This document shows, one piece after another, positions 17,807 through 26,306 of a stretch of DNA of 49,619 nucleotides. Where the stretch lies: NCBI GenBank assembly GCA_946534105.1, contig CAMNCG010000003.1, positions 1-49,619 on the forward strand. Reading direction: 5' to 3'. Source of the DNA: an uncultured Verrucomicrobiota bacterium (GTDB lineage Bacteria > Verrucomicrobiota > Kiritimatiellia > RFP12 > UBA3636). Position numbers and translations under genes: made by a program. The first letter of the stretch is position 1. Every line of letters begins with the position of its first letter. The notes under the pieces are model-generated. The model had not been told where the DNA came from. It saw nothing but the letters and a program-made list of their open reading frames with translations, and made no database searches.

Positions 17807-19972
17807 CTATTCCGTCACGACGACGCGGACAAAGCCGCTCTGCCAGGAGGTCGGGAGGGAGACGTCGGATTCGACGGTTCCGGTCGCGGACGGGGTGATC
17901 GTCTTCACGGTGGTCCAGGTGCCGCCAAGGGAGGAGGCGCGCTGGATCTTGTAGGACATTCCCTTGCGCGCCTTGAAGGAGACGTGCGCGACGCCGGTCG
18001 CCGGATTGAGCGACATGTCGGTGAACGTCGCCGCATTGAGTGCCTCGAAGTTCCACGAAAGCTCCAGCGGCCCCGCCGATCCGTCATAGCCGGCCACGGC
18101 GATGCGGTAGACCGTCCCCGCCCCCGCGGTGTCGAAGACGACGCGGCTTGTCGAGGCGCCGCCGCTGTCGTCGTTGGCCGCCACCTTCGTGAGCGATCCC
18201 ACCGCCGTGCCGGTGTAGACGCCAAGCACGGTGTCGAAGGCGCTCCCGGCCGTGGAAATCTCGACCGTGCCCTTCGCGGGCGCCGTCCACGTCCACCAGG
18301 CCGAGTTGTTCGACACGTCGGCGTGAAGCGGCTCGCCGCTCTGGGCCGTCGCGCCAAGCGTCCCCCACTCGACCGCGCCGGAGTATCCCGAAAGCGCAAC
18401 CGCCGAGGCGAAGGCGTCGTTGGGGATCTTCCGCCAGCCGGAATCCATTCCCCCGAAATTTCCGATTCCAACGGAATTGACGGCCCGCACCCAGTAATCG
18501 TACCGGACGCCGGGCGTGACGTTTGAATCGGCGTAGCTCGTGGATGAAATTCCGGAGGTCACAACGACCGCCTTGTCCGAACCCGCCCCTTGGGGCGACC
18601 TGTAGACCATGTACGTCGCCGCCCCGGAAACGGCACTCCACGAAAGAGATACGCTTGCCGTCGAAGTGCCATCGGACGCGGACACCGTCGATACTGCGGA
18701 AGGCAGCGCCATCTTCGCGCCTGTCTTCGACGCGCTGTAGTCGCTCGGACGGGTGCCGGAGGCATTCATCGCAGCCTGGACGAAATAGTAGTACGTCGTC
18801 CCGGCGGTGCCGGAGGTGTCGGTGTAGGTGCGGCCCGTCTGCCACGAGCCGAGCGCCGTCTTCGTGCCGGTGGCGGACGTGGCGCGGAAGACGCGGTAGT
18901 GCGTCGCGCCCGTCACCGCGCCCCACGCGAGCGCGACGCCGGTCTTCGTGCCGGTGGCGGCGGAGATCGCCGGCGCGGAGAGCTTGCGGTAGCCGCTGTC
19001 CGAGGCGCTGAAGCCGCTCGTCCCGGCGCTGTTCACCGCCTTCACCCAGTAGTAGAAAAGCGTGCCGGGGGTGGCGGTGGTGTCGGCGTAGGAGGTGCCG
19101 GTGACGCCGGTCTTGAGCGTCGTCGCCGAGCCGGAGGAATTGGACGTGTGGCGGTAGACGTTGTACGAGGTCGCGCCGGAGACCGCGCCCCACGACACCG
19201 TGCAGTTCGCCGTGGACGAGCCGTCCGTCGCCGAGACGCCCGTTGGCGAGGACGGCGCGGTTGTCGATTTCCCAGCTTGGGTCACGTTGATCGGCCATGC
19301 GCAACCTTTGTAGGATAAAGTCACGGTCCCTTCTCTTACATCGTCCGCATTATTCGGCGTCACCCAGACGTTTAATCCACCATCGACGATGGATGCGCCG
19401 ATCCAGCTGCCACTGCAGCTGACTGTAGCGTCGGAAAGCGAAATGTTTGTTTTCCCCGTTGCGGTCTGCCTGTAAAGCGCAGCAGAGACAAATTTCTTCG
19501 CCGAGGCACCATCGGTCGCTCTAAATACAAGGTCACGTGTGCTCAAATCCGCGCCGCAAATGTATGCGCACGTGAAATTGTTTGTGATTGTCGCGAAATG
19601 ACCCTCAAACGTGGATTCTATCCTATACGTGTAGGTCACGCCCGGAACAACATCGTAATCGCTGAAATAGGTTCTACCCGTTCCAGTGGACACGATATGC
19701 ACACCATCACTGCTGTAGTAGGCGCTTGTTCCCGTTATGTTGGTGGCGATTGGCACATCATCACGATAAACCGTATAGCGTTGGCCCGATGTTGGCCCCC
19801 ACGAAAAAGTCAAATCAATCAACAGAAAATCTTCTTGATCAAAGGCCAGGTTGCATCCTGGATTGTCGGGGTTCCATGTTGCCCAGGAAAGACTGTAATC
19901 TAGGACTAGGACTTCTGCCATCAACGAAAGCGGCATGAGCGCGCCAATGGCAAACAATGCACATTTTCGCAT
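17807..19972 (-). CDS. Secreted surface protein: AT-richer N-domain, BACON-like domain, 3x FN3, PPC-like domain, C-terminal domain
   Basis: Signal peptide; REGTVTL..INVTQ; W..VSGATSY.VYR...YYWV.A.N repeats; FDTVLGVY..NDD..YRIAVAGY. Confidence 0.85.
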   Translation of the reverse strand: MRKCALFAIGALMPLSLMAEVLVLDYSLSWATWNPDNPGCNLAFDQEDFLLIDLTFSWGPTSGQRYTVYRDDVPIATNITGTSAYYSSDGVHIVSTGTGRTYFSDYDVVPGVTYTYRIESTFEGHFATITNNFTCAYICGADLSTRDLVFRATDGASAKKFVSAALYRQTATGKTNISLSDATVSCSGSWIGASIVDGGLNVWVTPNNADDVREGTVTLSYKGCAWPINVTQAGKSTTAPSSPTGVSATDGSSTANCTVSWGAVSGATSYNVYRHTSNSSGSATTLKTGVTGTSYADTTATPGTLFYYWVKAVNSAGTSGFSASDSGYRKLSAPAISAATGTKTGVALAWGAVTGATHYRVFRATSATGTKTALGSWQTGRTYTDTSGTAGTTYYYFVQAAMNASGTRPSDYSASKTGAKMALPSAVSTVSASDGTSTASVSLSWSAVSGAATYMVYRSPQGAGSDKAVVVTSGISSTSYADSNVTPGVRYDYWVRAVNSVGIGNFGGMDSGWRKIPNDAFASAVALSGYSGAVEWGTLGATAQSGEPLHADVSNNSAWWTWTAPAKGTVEISTAGSAFDTVLGVYTGTAVGSLTKVAANDDSGGASTSRVVFDTAGAGTVYRIAVAGYDGSAGPLELSWNFEALNAATFTDMSLNPATGVAHVSFKARKGMSYKIQRASSLGGTWTTVKTITPSATGTVESDVSLPTSWQSGFVRVVVTE

Positions 19973-19983
19973 GGTTTTATCCC

Positions 19984-20805
19984 CTATTGTTCCTCATCGA
20001 CGGTGAGGATGCGGTAGAACCTCGAAGGATGTTTCGGGGCGTCGCGGTCGAGGACGGACTGCTCGCCGGAGGGCCAGGAGGAACCTTCCCAGATGACGCG
20101 GCGGACGAGGTTCGACCAGACGGGCACGTCGATCGCGTCCTTGAACTGCGGCAGGTAGCCGAGGCCGTACATGGTGCTCCAGCGCAGGAGCACCGATCCG
20201 TCGGGCTGCGGTTCGACGGCCGTGAAGGCGAGCGGCGGCTCGTGCGGCACGAGCGGGTCGTGGCCGTAGTAGAGCTCGTTGCCGTCGCCCATGCCGTCAC
20301 CGTCGGTGTCGTATTGGGCCGGGTTCGTGCCTTCGGCATATTCCTCGGCGTTGGAGAGGCCGTCGGCGTCGGGATCGGCGGAGGGATCGACGCCGATGCG
20401 GCCGAAATGCCGCCGCTCCCAGGCGTCCGGGAGGCCGTTTCCGTCGAGGTCGTCGTGGGAGCCGGGATGCGAGAGCGGATCGAGCGGGTCGGTGCCGGCT
20501 TCGACCTCCTCTCCGTCGGAGTAGCCGTCGCCGTCGCTGTCCGCGATCGTCGGCGACGTGTTGAGGCGGACCGCTTCGTCGCCGTCGGAAAGCCCGTCGC
20601 CGTCCGTGTCGGGCGCGAACGGGTCGGTGCGGTAGCGCGCCTCGCTGTCGTCCGTGAGGCCGTCGCCGTCCGAGTCCACCGCCTCAACGAAACGGACGGT
20701 CGCGAGGATCGCGGCGTCGCTGCGCACCGGGTCGGCGGACGCCGCCGCGCCGCCGAAAACGGCGGCGCACAGGACGGCGAAGGCGGCGGGCGACGGGCGG
20801 CGCAT
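19984..20805 (-). CDS. Cassette B anchor-like protein: N-terminal strand, TSP3-like DxDGDG repeats, C-terminal RFYR domain
   Basis: Signal peptide; six DxDxDG-type Ca-binding repeats; ends SRFYRILTVDEEQ. Confidence 0.85.
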   Translation of the reverse strand: MRRPSPAAFAVLCAAVFGGAAASADPVRSDAAILATVRFVEAVDSDGDGLTDDSEARYRTDPFAPDTDGDGLSDGDEAVRLNTSPTIADSDGDGYSDGEEVEAGTDPLDPLSHPGSHDDLDGNGLPDAWERRHFGRIGVDPSADPDADGLSNAEEYAEGTNPAQYDTDGDGMGDGNELYYGHDPLVPHEPPLAFTAVEPQPDGSVLLRWSTMYGLGYLPQFKDAIDVPVWSNLVRRVIWEGSSWPSGEQSVLDRDAPKHPSRFYRILTVDEEQ

Positions 20806-20811
20806 CGGCGG

Positions 20812-21411
20812 CTATTCCCAGAAAAAGAGGATGCGGCGCCACAGCGGACGCCGAGGCGGCGGATCGAGCGATTTCACTTCCGGCGGACGCGGCGGCGCGG
20901 CCTTGCGCGCGTCTTCGGCGCCGGCTTCGACCGTGTCGAACCGGACGCGCGACGTGAGCATGACGCCCGCCTGCCCGGCCACGGCGCTCGCGCGCACGTG
21001 GAACTCCCAGTGCCGCCCGTAGTTCTCCGGCGCGTCGGGAACCGTCACGCGGACGATCGACTCGCCTTCGCTCCGGGGCGGCAGTTCGACGACGGCCGGG
21101 TCGAACGAAACCCATCCGCGGTCGGGGATCGCCTCGTATTTTACGCCCGGCGACCGCTCGACGAACCCCGGACGCTCGCACGAAAGCCGGACGCGGAGCG
21201 GGACGTCCGAATCGTTGCGCAGCGAATAGTACGACCCGTCGGGCAGACACGCCGCGCAGGACTTGCCGGGCACGACGCCCGGCATTTCGACGAGCGCGAA
21301 GCGCGTGCCGAGCGACCCGCCCGCCGCGGAAACGACGGCGAGGGCGAAACCAAGCGCGGCAACGCGCCCCCTCGCCCCACGCCGACAGATCGTCCGGGGC
21401 CGATTACTCAT
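20812..21411 (-). CDS. Cassette B secreted Ig-fold chaperone-like protein (PapD/DUF916-like, inferred)
   Basis: Signal peptide; Y.LxNDSD.PL.V.LS.ERP, Y..[IL]P, FDP...L.P, V.V.xPD motifs shared with the 26291 paralog. Confidence 0.7.
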   Translation of the reverse strand: MSNRPRTICRRGARGRVAALGFALAVVSAAGGSLGTRFALVEMPGVVPGKSCAACLPDGSYYSLRNDSDVPLRVRLSCERPGFVERSPGVKYEAIPDRGWVSFDPAVVELPPRSEGESIVRVTVPDAPENYGRHWEFHVRASAVAGQAGVMLTSRVRFDTVEAGAEDARKAAPPRPPEVKSLDPPPRRPLWRRILFFWE

Positions 21412-22177
21412 TCTCCCACAGCCTCACCGCCGAGGCATGGACGCAGACGACGAAATAGAAATCTCCACCGTTCCAATACGGTGCCCAGAATTTCAGGTCG
21501 AAGAGTTGCGTCTCCCCCACGGGCATGAACGCGAGAAAGGCGGACGCCTCGTTGCGGTTGAAGGAAACCTTCTTCCCCCCATAATACAGGTTCCCACTTT
21601 GGTAAATACCCTTTGATCCATCATACCATCCAGTATCAACGCCAGTAGAATTCATGTCATGGAAATAACTGAGCGGGCGCCAGTTCGGGACGATGCCGGT
21701 CACATCGGTCGAAACCGCAAGTTTCGCGTAATTTTCCCCTTGGTCCCATCCTTGAATCCACGGATTGAACTTCAGGTCTTGCCACGCATGATCCGCAACG
21801 TTGGTTCGGGCGATGTCTTCCCAATCGACTGCGACCGGGTATCCGTCCTTAATCGGCTCGTATCCCGTCGACACGTACACGTAGGCGGGAAGCGTCCCGG
21901 TGTTCTGGACGCGGAAGTATCCGGGGCCGCCGTTGTAGAACGAATCGTAGACGCCGCCTGCGGCGACGGTGCCGAGATTCCAGAGCTTCACCGGCCCCAC
22001 CTCGGTTCCGGTCGCCACCGAATCCGGGATGGAGACGGAAAGGTAACCATCGCCGGAAGGGGATTCAAGACGGACCGTGCAGAGAATCACGGCGTCGTTC
22101 TGGACTGCATCGGCCCGGACGGATGAGGCCGTCGCAAGGGCGGCCGTTGCGCAAAGCGCGAGTGTTCGTGTTTTCAT
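21404..22177 (-). CDS. Cassette B secreted subunit (putative fibre subunit)
   Basis: 22-aa signal peptide identical to that of 26307-27068; shared GPGxFxVxNTG, LAVST, GE...FDLKFWAP. Confidence 0.8.
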   Translation of the reverse strand: MKTRTLALCATAALATASSVRADAVQNDAVILCTVRLESPSGDGYLSVSIPDSVATGTEVGPVKLWNLGTVAAGGVYDSFYNGGPGYFRVQNTGTLPAYVYVSTGYEPIKDGYPVAVDWEDIARTNVADHAWQDLKFNPWIQGWDQGENYAKLAVSTDVTGIVPNWRPLSYFHDMNSTGVDTGWYDGSKGIYQSGNLYYGGKKVSFNRNEASAFLAFMPVGETQLFDLKFWAPYWNGGDFYFVVCVHASAVRLWENE

Positions 22178-22248
22178 GGTGTGTGTGTTTGGGGTGGGTG
22201 TTCTGGGTTGCGTGTGTTTCATGGGGGCGAGGGGGCGAGGCTGGTTTG

Positions 22249-24411
22249 TCACAGTTTCCAGCCCGACTCTTTCAGGCGAGCTTCCACGCCGGGAACGCCG
22301 TCGGGGCCGGAGACGGAGAGAAACTGGATGTCGGAGACGGCGGGGAGAAGCGCAGAGGCGGATTCGGGAACGTCAATCGGCTTGCCTTTTCCGTCGTACC
22401 TGTATACGCGGTACGGGCGCGTTCCGGGGAAGGCGGGATTGCGGACGACAAGCCAGCCCTCCCCGTTTCCCTGCTCCTTGAACCACCGGGGGGCGTCGAG
22501 GGACGGCACGAGGGCCAAAAGGAACGCCGACGATTCCGACGGGGCGAGTTCCGCGTCGGGTTTCGGGATTCCCTCGTACTGCAAACGGAGGAGCCGCAAA
22601 TCGACTTCGGGCACCTCGGCCCCGACAGCTTCCGCCGCCTCCTCAAGGCTATCGGCATCGCGGCCGTGCGCGGCGCGGAACTCGGAGAGAAGGAGCGACG
22701 TCTCCATCACGGCCCGGTAGGCATCGGCATAGCGGGACCTCGCCTCAAACCGAATAAACGGCAACCACCCGTCGAAATGGTAGTCGGTTATTGCGCGGAA
22801 GAACCCACCCCGGAGCAACGTCCACTTCCACGCAGAGCGCCGCGGTGGCGATGCAGTCTCCTGCGCCGATGGATCGAGCCGTTGCGCCGCGCCGGCAACC
22901 TGCCATTCGACATACTCCTCCCAGAGCGCACGATACGCACTTCGGTCAACGTCTCCCAGCGTCATGGCCAAGCCGCCGAGTTTCCGGCGCAACGGGCTGA
23001 ATTCGACGCCTTCGTTCGCAAAGCCCTCCATTGGCGGCTTGCCGAACAGCTGCCAGCAGCCGCCTTCCTGCCGGTCATGCTCCGCAAAGAGCAAGTGCCC
23101 GAAAACCGACTCATCGGCCGCTGCCTGGACGAATCGGCGCGAAAAGTCGGTCTGGCGCCGGGATGCAAGCCACGCGCGAACGGCGGCGAAGTCCTCCGGC
23201 TTCAAATCGGGCCGCTCGGCAAAGCGCATGACAGCATCGACCACGATACCGTCGCATAGCAGCGCGACCAACGTGGAAACCATCCGCCCTCGCAGCCGCA
23301 CAGCTGCGTCGCGCAGAGCTTCGGCCCGCGACAGCGCGTCTATAAACTGCCCAGAGCTCCCGATATCCGCCGCCGACACGACATCCCAAGAAACGTGCTG
23401 AATGGCACCGGCGTATCCGGGAAAAAGACCAAACTCCTGGTATTTCGAGTTGACGGTCCCGTTGGTAATGGCAAATGTATCGGTCTGGAACCCGCCAATG
23501 TCCACGAATCGCGCCACGGAATCCGAGAAGGACGCCTGCCAGCCCTCAAATCCAGAACCAAATTTCTCTCGGATGAACGCCGCGTCCACCACGTTGGTCT
23601 TCGCGTCGCCTGCGGGGCTCAAACCCTCAGGGAACAGCCGCTCCAGGCCCGCCAGAGCAACGGCAAGTCGAATGTCGGCGGGAGGGGGATTTCCCACGCG
23701 GGCAAGCAGGTTCGAGACGCCGGCTGCGGAGTCTGGGCATTCGTCGATGCTTTCGATCGGAAAGAACACCGGTTCGCGAATTCGGTCCCCGTTGTCCAAC
23801 AGCCATTCGGCAATCCACTCGCGCGGCGGATGGCGGATGTCGAGAGGGCGCAGCGGCGCCGTCGCGAGATACAGCGCCCAGAGAACCAGCGCGGTGCGGA
23901 CGAACCCCGCGAAGACGCGCCCTTCATCCGTGGCGCCATGCGTTGACGACTCGGGCAATGTGCGCGGGACGACAATGATGCGGAAGGCGTAAAGAGCCAC
24001 AATCACTCCGGTTGCCGCCATCTTAGGCCCCCAGTCCGCCTTGCAGCTTACAAGCACGATGACGACAATGAGGACTGATCCCCAATAGGCACTCGCGAAA
24101 AGGTATTCGCCCCGCGTTCGCGCCCGCTGCGGCACATGGTGAAGGCGAGAGCGCGAGTCGAAATGGAGGAAGATCCAGGAAAGAACGCAAAAAACGATGA
24201 AGGGAACCACTGTGCCCGGCACAGGACAGGAATCTAACTGCCACAACACGAGGCCAACCAACACCCACAACGCCATCATCGCCCCCACTCCATTCCAGGC
24301 GATGTAGCGACGCAGACGATAGCCAGCTGGAAGGTCGCTGCGGATGCGCCAGTCATCCCAGGCGAGGAAATGGAGGAGGCGCTTCACGAAGGATCGATGG
24401 TCTGCATTCAT
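22249..24411 (-). CDS. Large membrane protein, paralog family
   Basis: LLHFLAWDDW, LYLATAPLRPLD, NLLARVGNPPP, FRAAHGRDADSLEEA, WLVVRNPAFPGTR. Confidence 0.82.
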   Translation of the reverse strand: MNADHRSFVKRLLHFLAWDDWRIRSDLPAGYRLRRYIAWNGVGAMMALWVLVGLVLWQLDSCPVPGTVVPFIVFCVLSWIFLHFDSRSRLHHVPQRARTRGEYLFASAYWGSVLIVVIVLVSCKADWGPKMAATGVIVALYAFRIIVVPRTLPESSTHGATDEGRVFAGFVRTALVLWALYLATAPLRPLDIRHPPREWIAEWLLDNGDRIREPVFFPIESIDECPDSAAGVSNLLARVGNPPPADIRLAVALAGLERLFPEGLSPAGDAKTNVVDAAFIREKFGSGFEGWQASFSDSVARFVDIGGFQTDTFAITNGTVNSKYQEFGLFPGYAGAIQHVSWDVVSAADIGSSGQFIDALSRAEALRDAAVRLRGRMVSTLVALLCDGIVVDAVMRFAERPDLKPEDFAAVRAWLASRRQTDFSRRFVQAAADESVFGHLLFAEHDRQEGGCWQLFGKPPMEGFANEGVEFSPLRRKLGGLAMTLGDVDRSAYRALWEEYVEWQVAGAAQRLDPSAQETASPPRRSAWKWTLLRGGFFRAITDYHFDGWLPFIRFEARSRYADAYRAVMETSLLLSEFRAAHGRDADSLEEAAEAVGAEVPEVDLRLLRLQYEGIPKPDAELAPSESSAFLLALVPSLDAPRWFKEQGNGEGWLVVRNPAFPGTRPYRVYRYDGKGKPIDVPESASALLPAVSDIQFLSVSGPDGVPGVEARLKESGWKL

Positions 24412-24447
24412 GGAGAACTCGTTTCGGGTCTGTTAGGATGCGGAGGA

Positions 24448-25011
24448 TCATTCCTCGTCAACGGTCAGGATGCGATAGAACCGTGCGGGGTGCTTCGGGG
24501 CGTCGCGGTCGAGGACGGACTGCTCGCCGGAGGGCCAGGAGGAGCCTTCCCAGATGACGCGGCGGACGAGGTTCGACCAAACGGGCACGTCGATCGCGTC
24601 CTTGAACTGCGGCAGGTAGCCGAGGCCGTACATGGTGCTCCAGCGCAGGAGCACCGAGCCGTCCGGCTGCGGTTCGACGGCCGTGAAGGCGAGCGGCGGC
24701 GCGTGCGGCACGAGCGGGTCGTGGCCGTAGTAGATCTCGTTGCCGTCGCCCATGCCGTCGCCGTCGGTGTCGTAGGCGGTCGGGTCGGTGCCGAGCGAGT
24801 ACTCCTCGGCGTTGGAGAGGCCGTCGGCGTCCGGGTCGGCGGAGGGATCGACGGAATCGACGCCGAAATGCGCGCGGCACCACGCAGTGGGAAGAGACGC
24901 TGGAGCGTCAGCCGGAAGAATCGTCGCCGAGCAGAAGAGGAAGCCGGAAGACGTGTCGGCAAGAGCGGAAACCCGGAGGAACGCCAGAAATGCAAATACC
25001 GACAGCGCCAT
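24448..25011 (-). CDS. Cassette A anchor-like protein
   Basis: C-terminal ~135 aa nearly identical to anchor B, with fewer DxDGDG repeats. Start is ATG 25011 or 25122 (the latter lies inside the repeat insert). Confidence 0.8.
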   Translation of the reverse strand: MALSVFAFLAFLRVSALADTSSGFLFCSATILPADAPASLPTAWCRAHFGVDSVDPSADPDADGLSNAEEYSLGTDPTAYDTDGDGMGDGNEIYYGHDPLVPHAPPLAFTAVEPQPDGSVLLRWSTMYGLGYLPQFKDAIDVPVWSNLVRRVIWEGSSWPSGEQSVLDRDAPKHPARFYRILTVDEE

Positions 25012-25782
25012 CCCCCCGGAGGGGGGGTGGCGATGCGTTCTCCCCCACCCGCGCTGCGCGCGGGAACCCCCTCCCGGAGGGGGCCGCCGAGAGGGGAGGG
25101 CCGTGCCGAGTCTTGCCATCATGAGCCCCCCTCGCTAGAATCGCGCGTATGTCCCTCGCCTACGTCCGCGAAAACATTCCGCTCGCCCGCGACCTGCGTA
25201 CCAACATGACGCCGCAGGAGCGCCATCTGTGGTACGACGGACTCCGCCACCTTCCCGTGCGCTTCCAGCGGCAGAAGGCCATCGGGCCGTACATCGCCGA
25301 TTTCTACTGCCACCGCGCACGGCTCGTCGTGGAACTGGACGGCTCGCAGCACTACACCGACGAAGCTCGGATGTACGACGAGCGCCGGACGGCCTTTCTG
25401 GCAACACAGGGAGTCGAGGTCCTGCGTTTCCGAAACCGCACCATCGACGAGTTCTTCGATATGACGCTCGCAAGGATAGAAGGCCGTGTCGTGGAGCGAA
25501 TCCGGGAACGGGAAGGCGGACGCTAGCGTCGCTCTATGGAAGCCCTCCTCGGGGAGGGGAAAATTGCCGCAGTCTCCCCCACCCGCGCTGCGCGCGGGAG
25601 CCCCCTCCCGGAGGGGGCCTTGCTTAGGTGCGCCATGGAAGCCCTCCTCGGGGAGGGGGAAATTGCCGCAGTCTCCCCCACCCGCGCTGCGCGCGGGAGC
25701 CCCCTCCCGGAGGGGGCCTTGCTTAGGTGCGCCGTGGAAGCCCCCCTCCGGGAGGGGGGTGGCGGCGCCAGCCGCCGGGGGG
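25012..25782 (+). mobile_element. DUF559 endonuclease gene with flanking palindromic repeats, inserted antisense in cassette A
   Basis: TCTCCCCCACCCGCGCTGCGCGCGGGARCCCCCTCCCGGAGGGGGCC occurs once left and twice right of the gene. 99-bp period at 25536, 25635, 25734. Absent from cassette B. Boundaries approximate. Confidence 0.65.
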
Positions 25783-26291
25783 AGAGCGCGCGTATCGAGA
25801 CGGACGCGCGACATGAGCGCGACACCGCCCTGGCCGCTGCGGGCTACGGCGCGAATCCAGAATTCGAACCCCTTGCCCGCAAGCGCCGGGTCGTCGGGAA
25901 GCGTCACCTTCACCAGCACCGCGTTCGTCGCGTGCGGCGCAAGGTCGAAGGACGCCGGCTCGAATTCGACCGTGCACGACGACGGCAGCGGCTTGTAGAG
26001 CGGGTGTCCCGGCAGCGGCTCGCAGAACGTCGGCCTCTCCATCGAAAGGCAGACCGACAGCGGGCCGTCGGAGTCGTTCACGAGCGTGTAGCCCGTGCCG
26101 TCCGGGAGGAGCGGCGAAACCGTCTCCCCGATCGGCACGTCGTCCATCGCCACGTCGCCGAAGCGTGTGCGAAGCGAACCCGCTCCGCATGGCAGGGCGG
26201 CAAGCGCGAAGAAGGCAAGCGTCGCCAGCGACCCTCTCCAGACACGGGAGGACGCGAAGCAACAGGGAAAACGCACCGGACGGGAAATCAT
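25119..26291 (-). CDS. Cassette A chaperone-like protein; true domain ends near 25780, the rest is read-through of repeats and antisense DUF559
   Basis: Residues about 37-168 align with 20812-21411 (GSLxTRF...SRVRxDT). Confidence 0.7.
   Translation of the reverse strand: MISRPVRFPCCFASSRVWRGSLATLAFFALAALPCGAGSLRTRFGDVAMDDVPIGETVSPLLPDGTGYTLVNDSDGPLSVCLSMERPTFCEPLPGHPLYKPLPSSCTVEFEPASFDLAPHATNAVLVKVTLPDDPALAGKGFEFWIRAVARSGQGGVALMSRVRLDTRALPPAAGAATPLPEGGFHGAPKQGPLREGAPARSAGGGDCGNFPLPEEGFHGAPKQGPLREGAPARSAGGGDCGNFPLPEEGFHRATLASAFPFPDSLHDTAFYPCERHIEELVDGAVSETQDLDSLCCQKGRPALVVHPSFVGVVLRAVQFHDEPCAVAVEIGDVRPDGLLPLEAHGKVAESVVPQMALLRRHVGTQVAGERNVFADVGEGHTRDSSEGGS
25149..25526 (+). CDS. DUF559 (Vsr-like) endonuclease domain protein
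   Basis: ARDLRTNMTPQERHLW, FQRQKAIGPYIADFYC, LVVELDGSQH, DERRTAFL, VLRFRN. Confidence 0.93.
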   Translation: MSLAYVRENIPLARDLRTNMTPQERHLWYDGLRHLPVRFQRQKAIGPYIADFYCHRARLVVELDGSQHYTDEARMYDERRTAFLATQGVEVLRFRNRTIDEFFDMTLARIEGRVVERIREREGGR

Positions 26292-26306
26292 TGCGGATTT
26301 CCCAGA

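Noticed and set aside
7689-24411. Terminal WNL/WKL as WxL domains
   Set aside because: Only the tripeptide matches; the YxxxLTWxL context is absent and the proteins are polytopic membrane proteins.
25536-25782. Regularly spaced repeats here and at 16714-16891 as CRISPR arrays
   Set aside because: Units are tandem with no unique spacers, and no cas genes are present.
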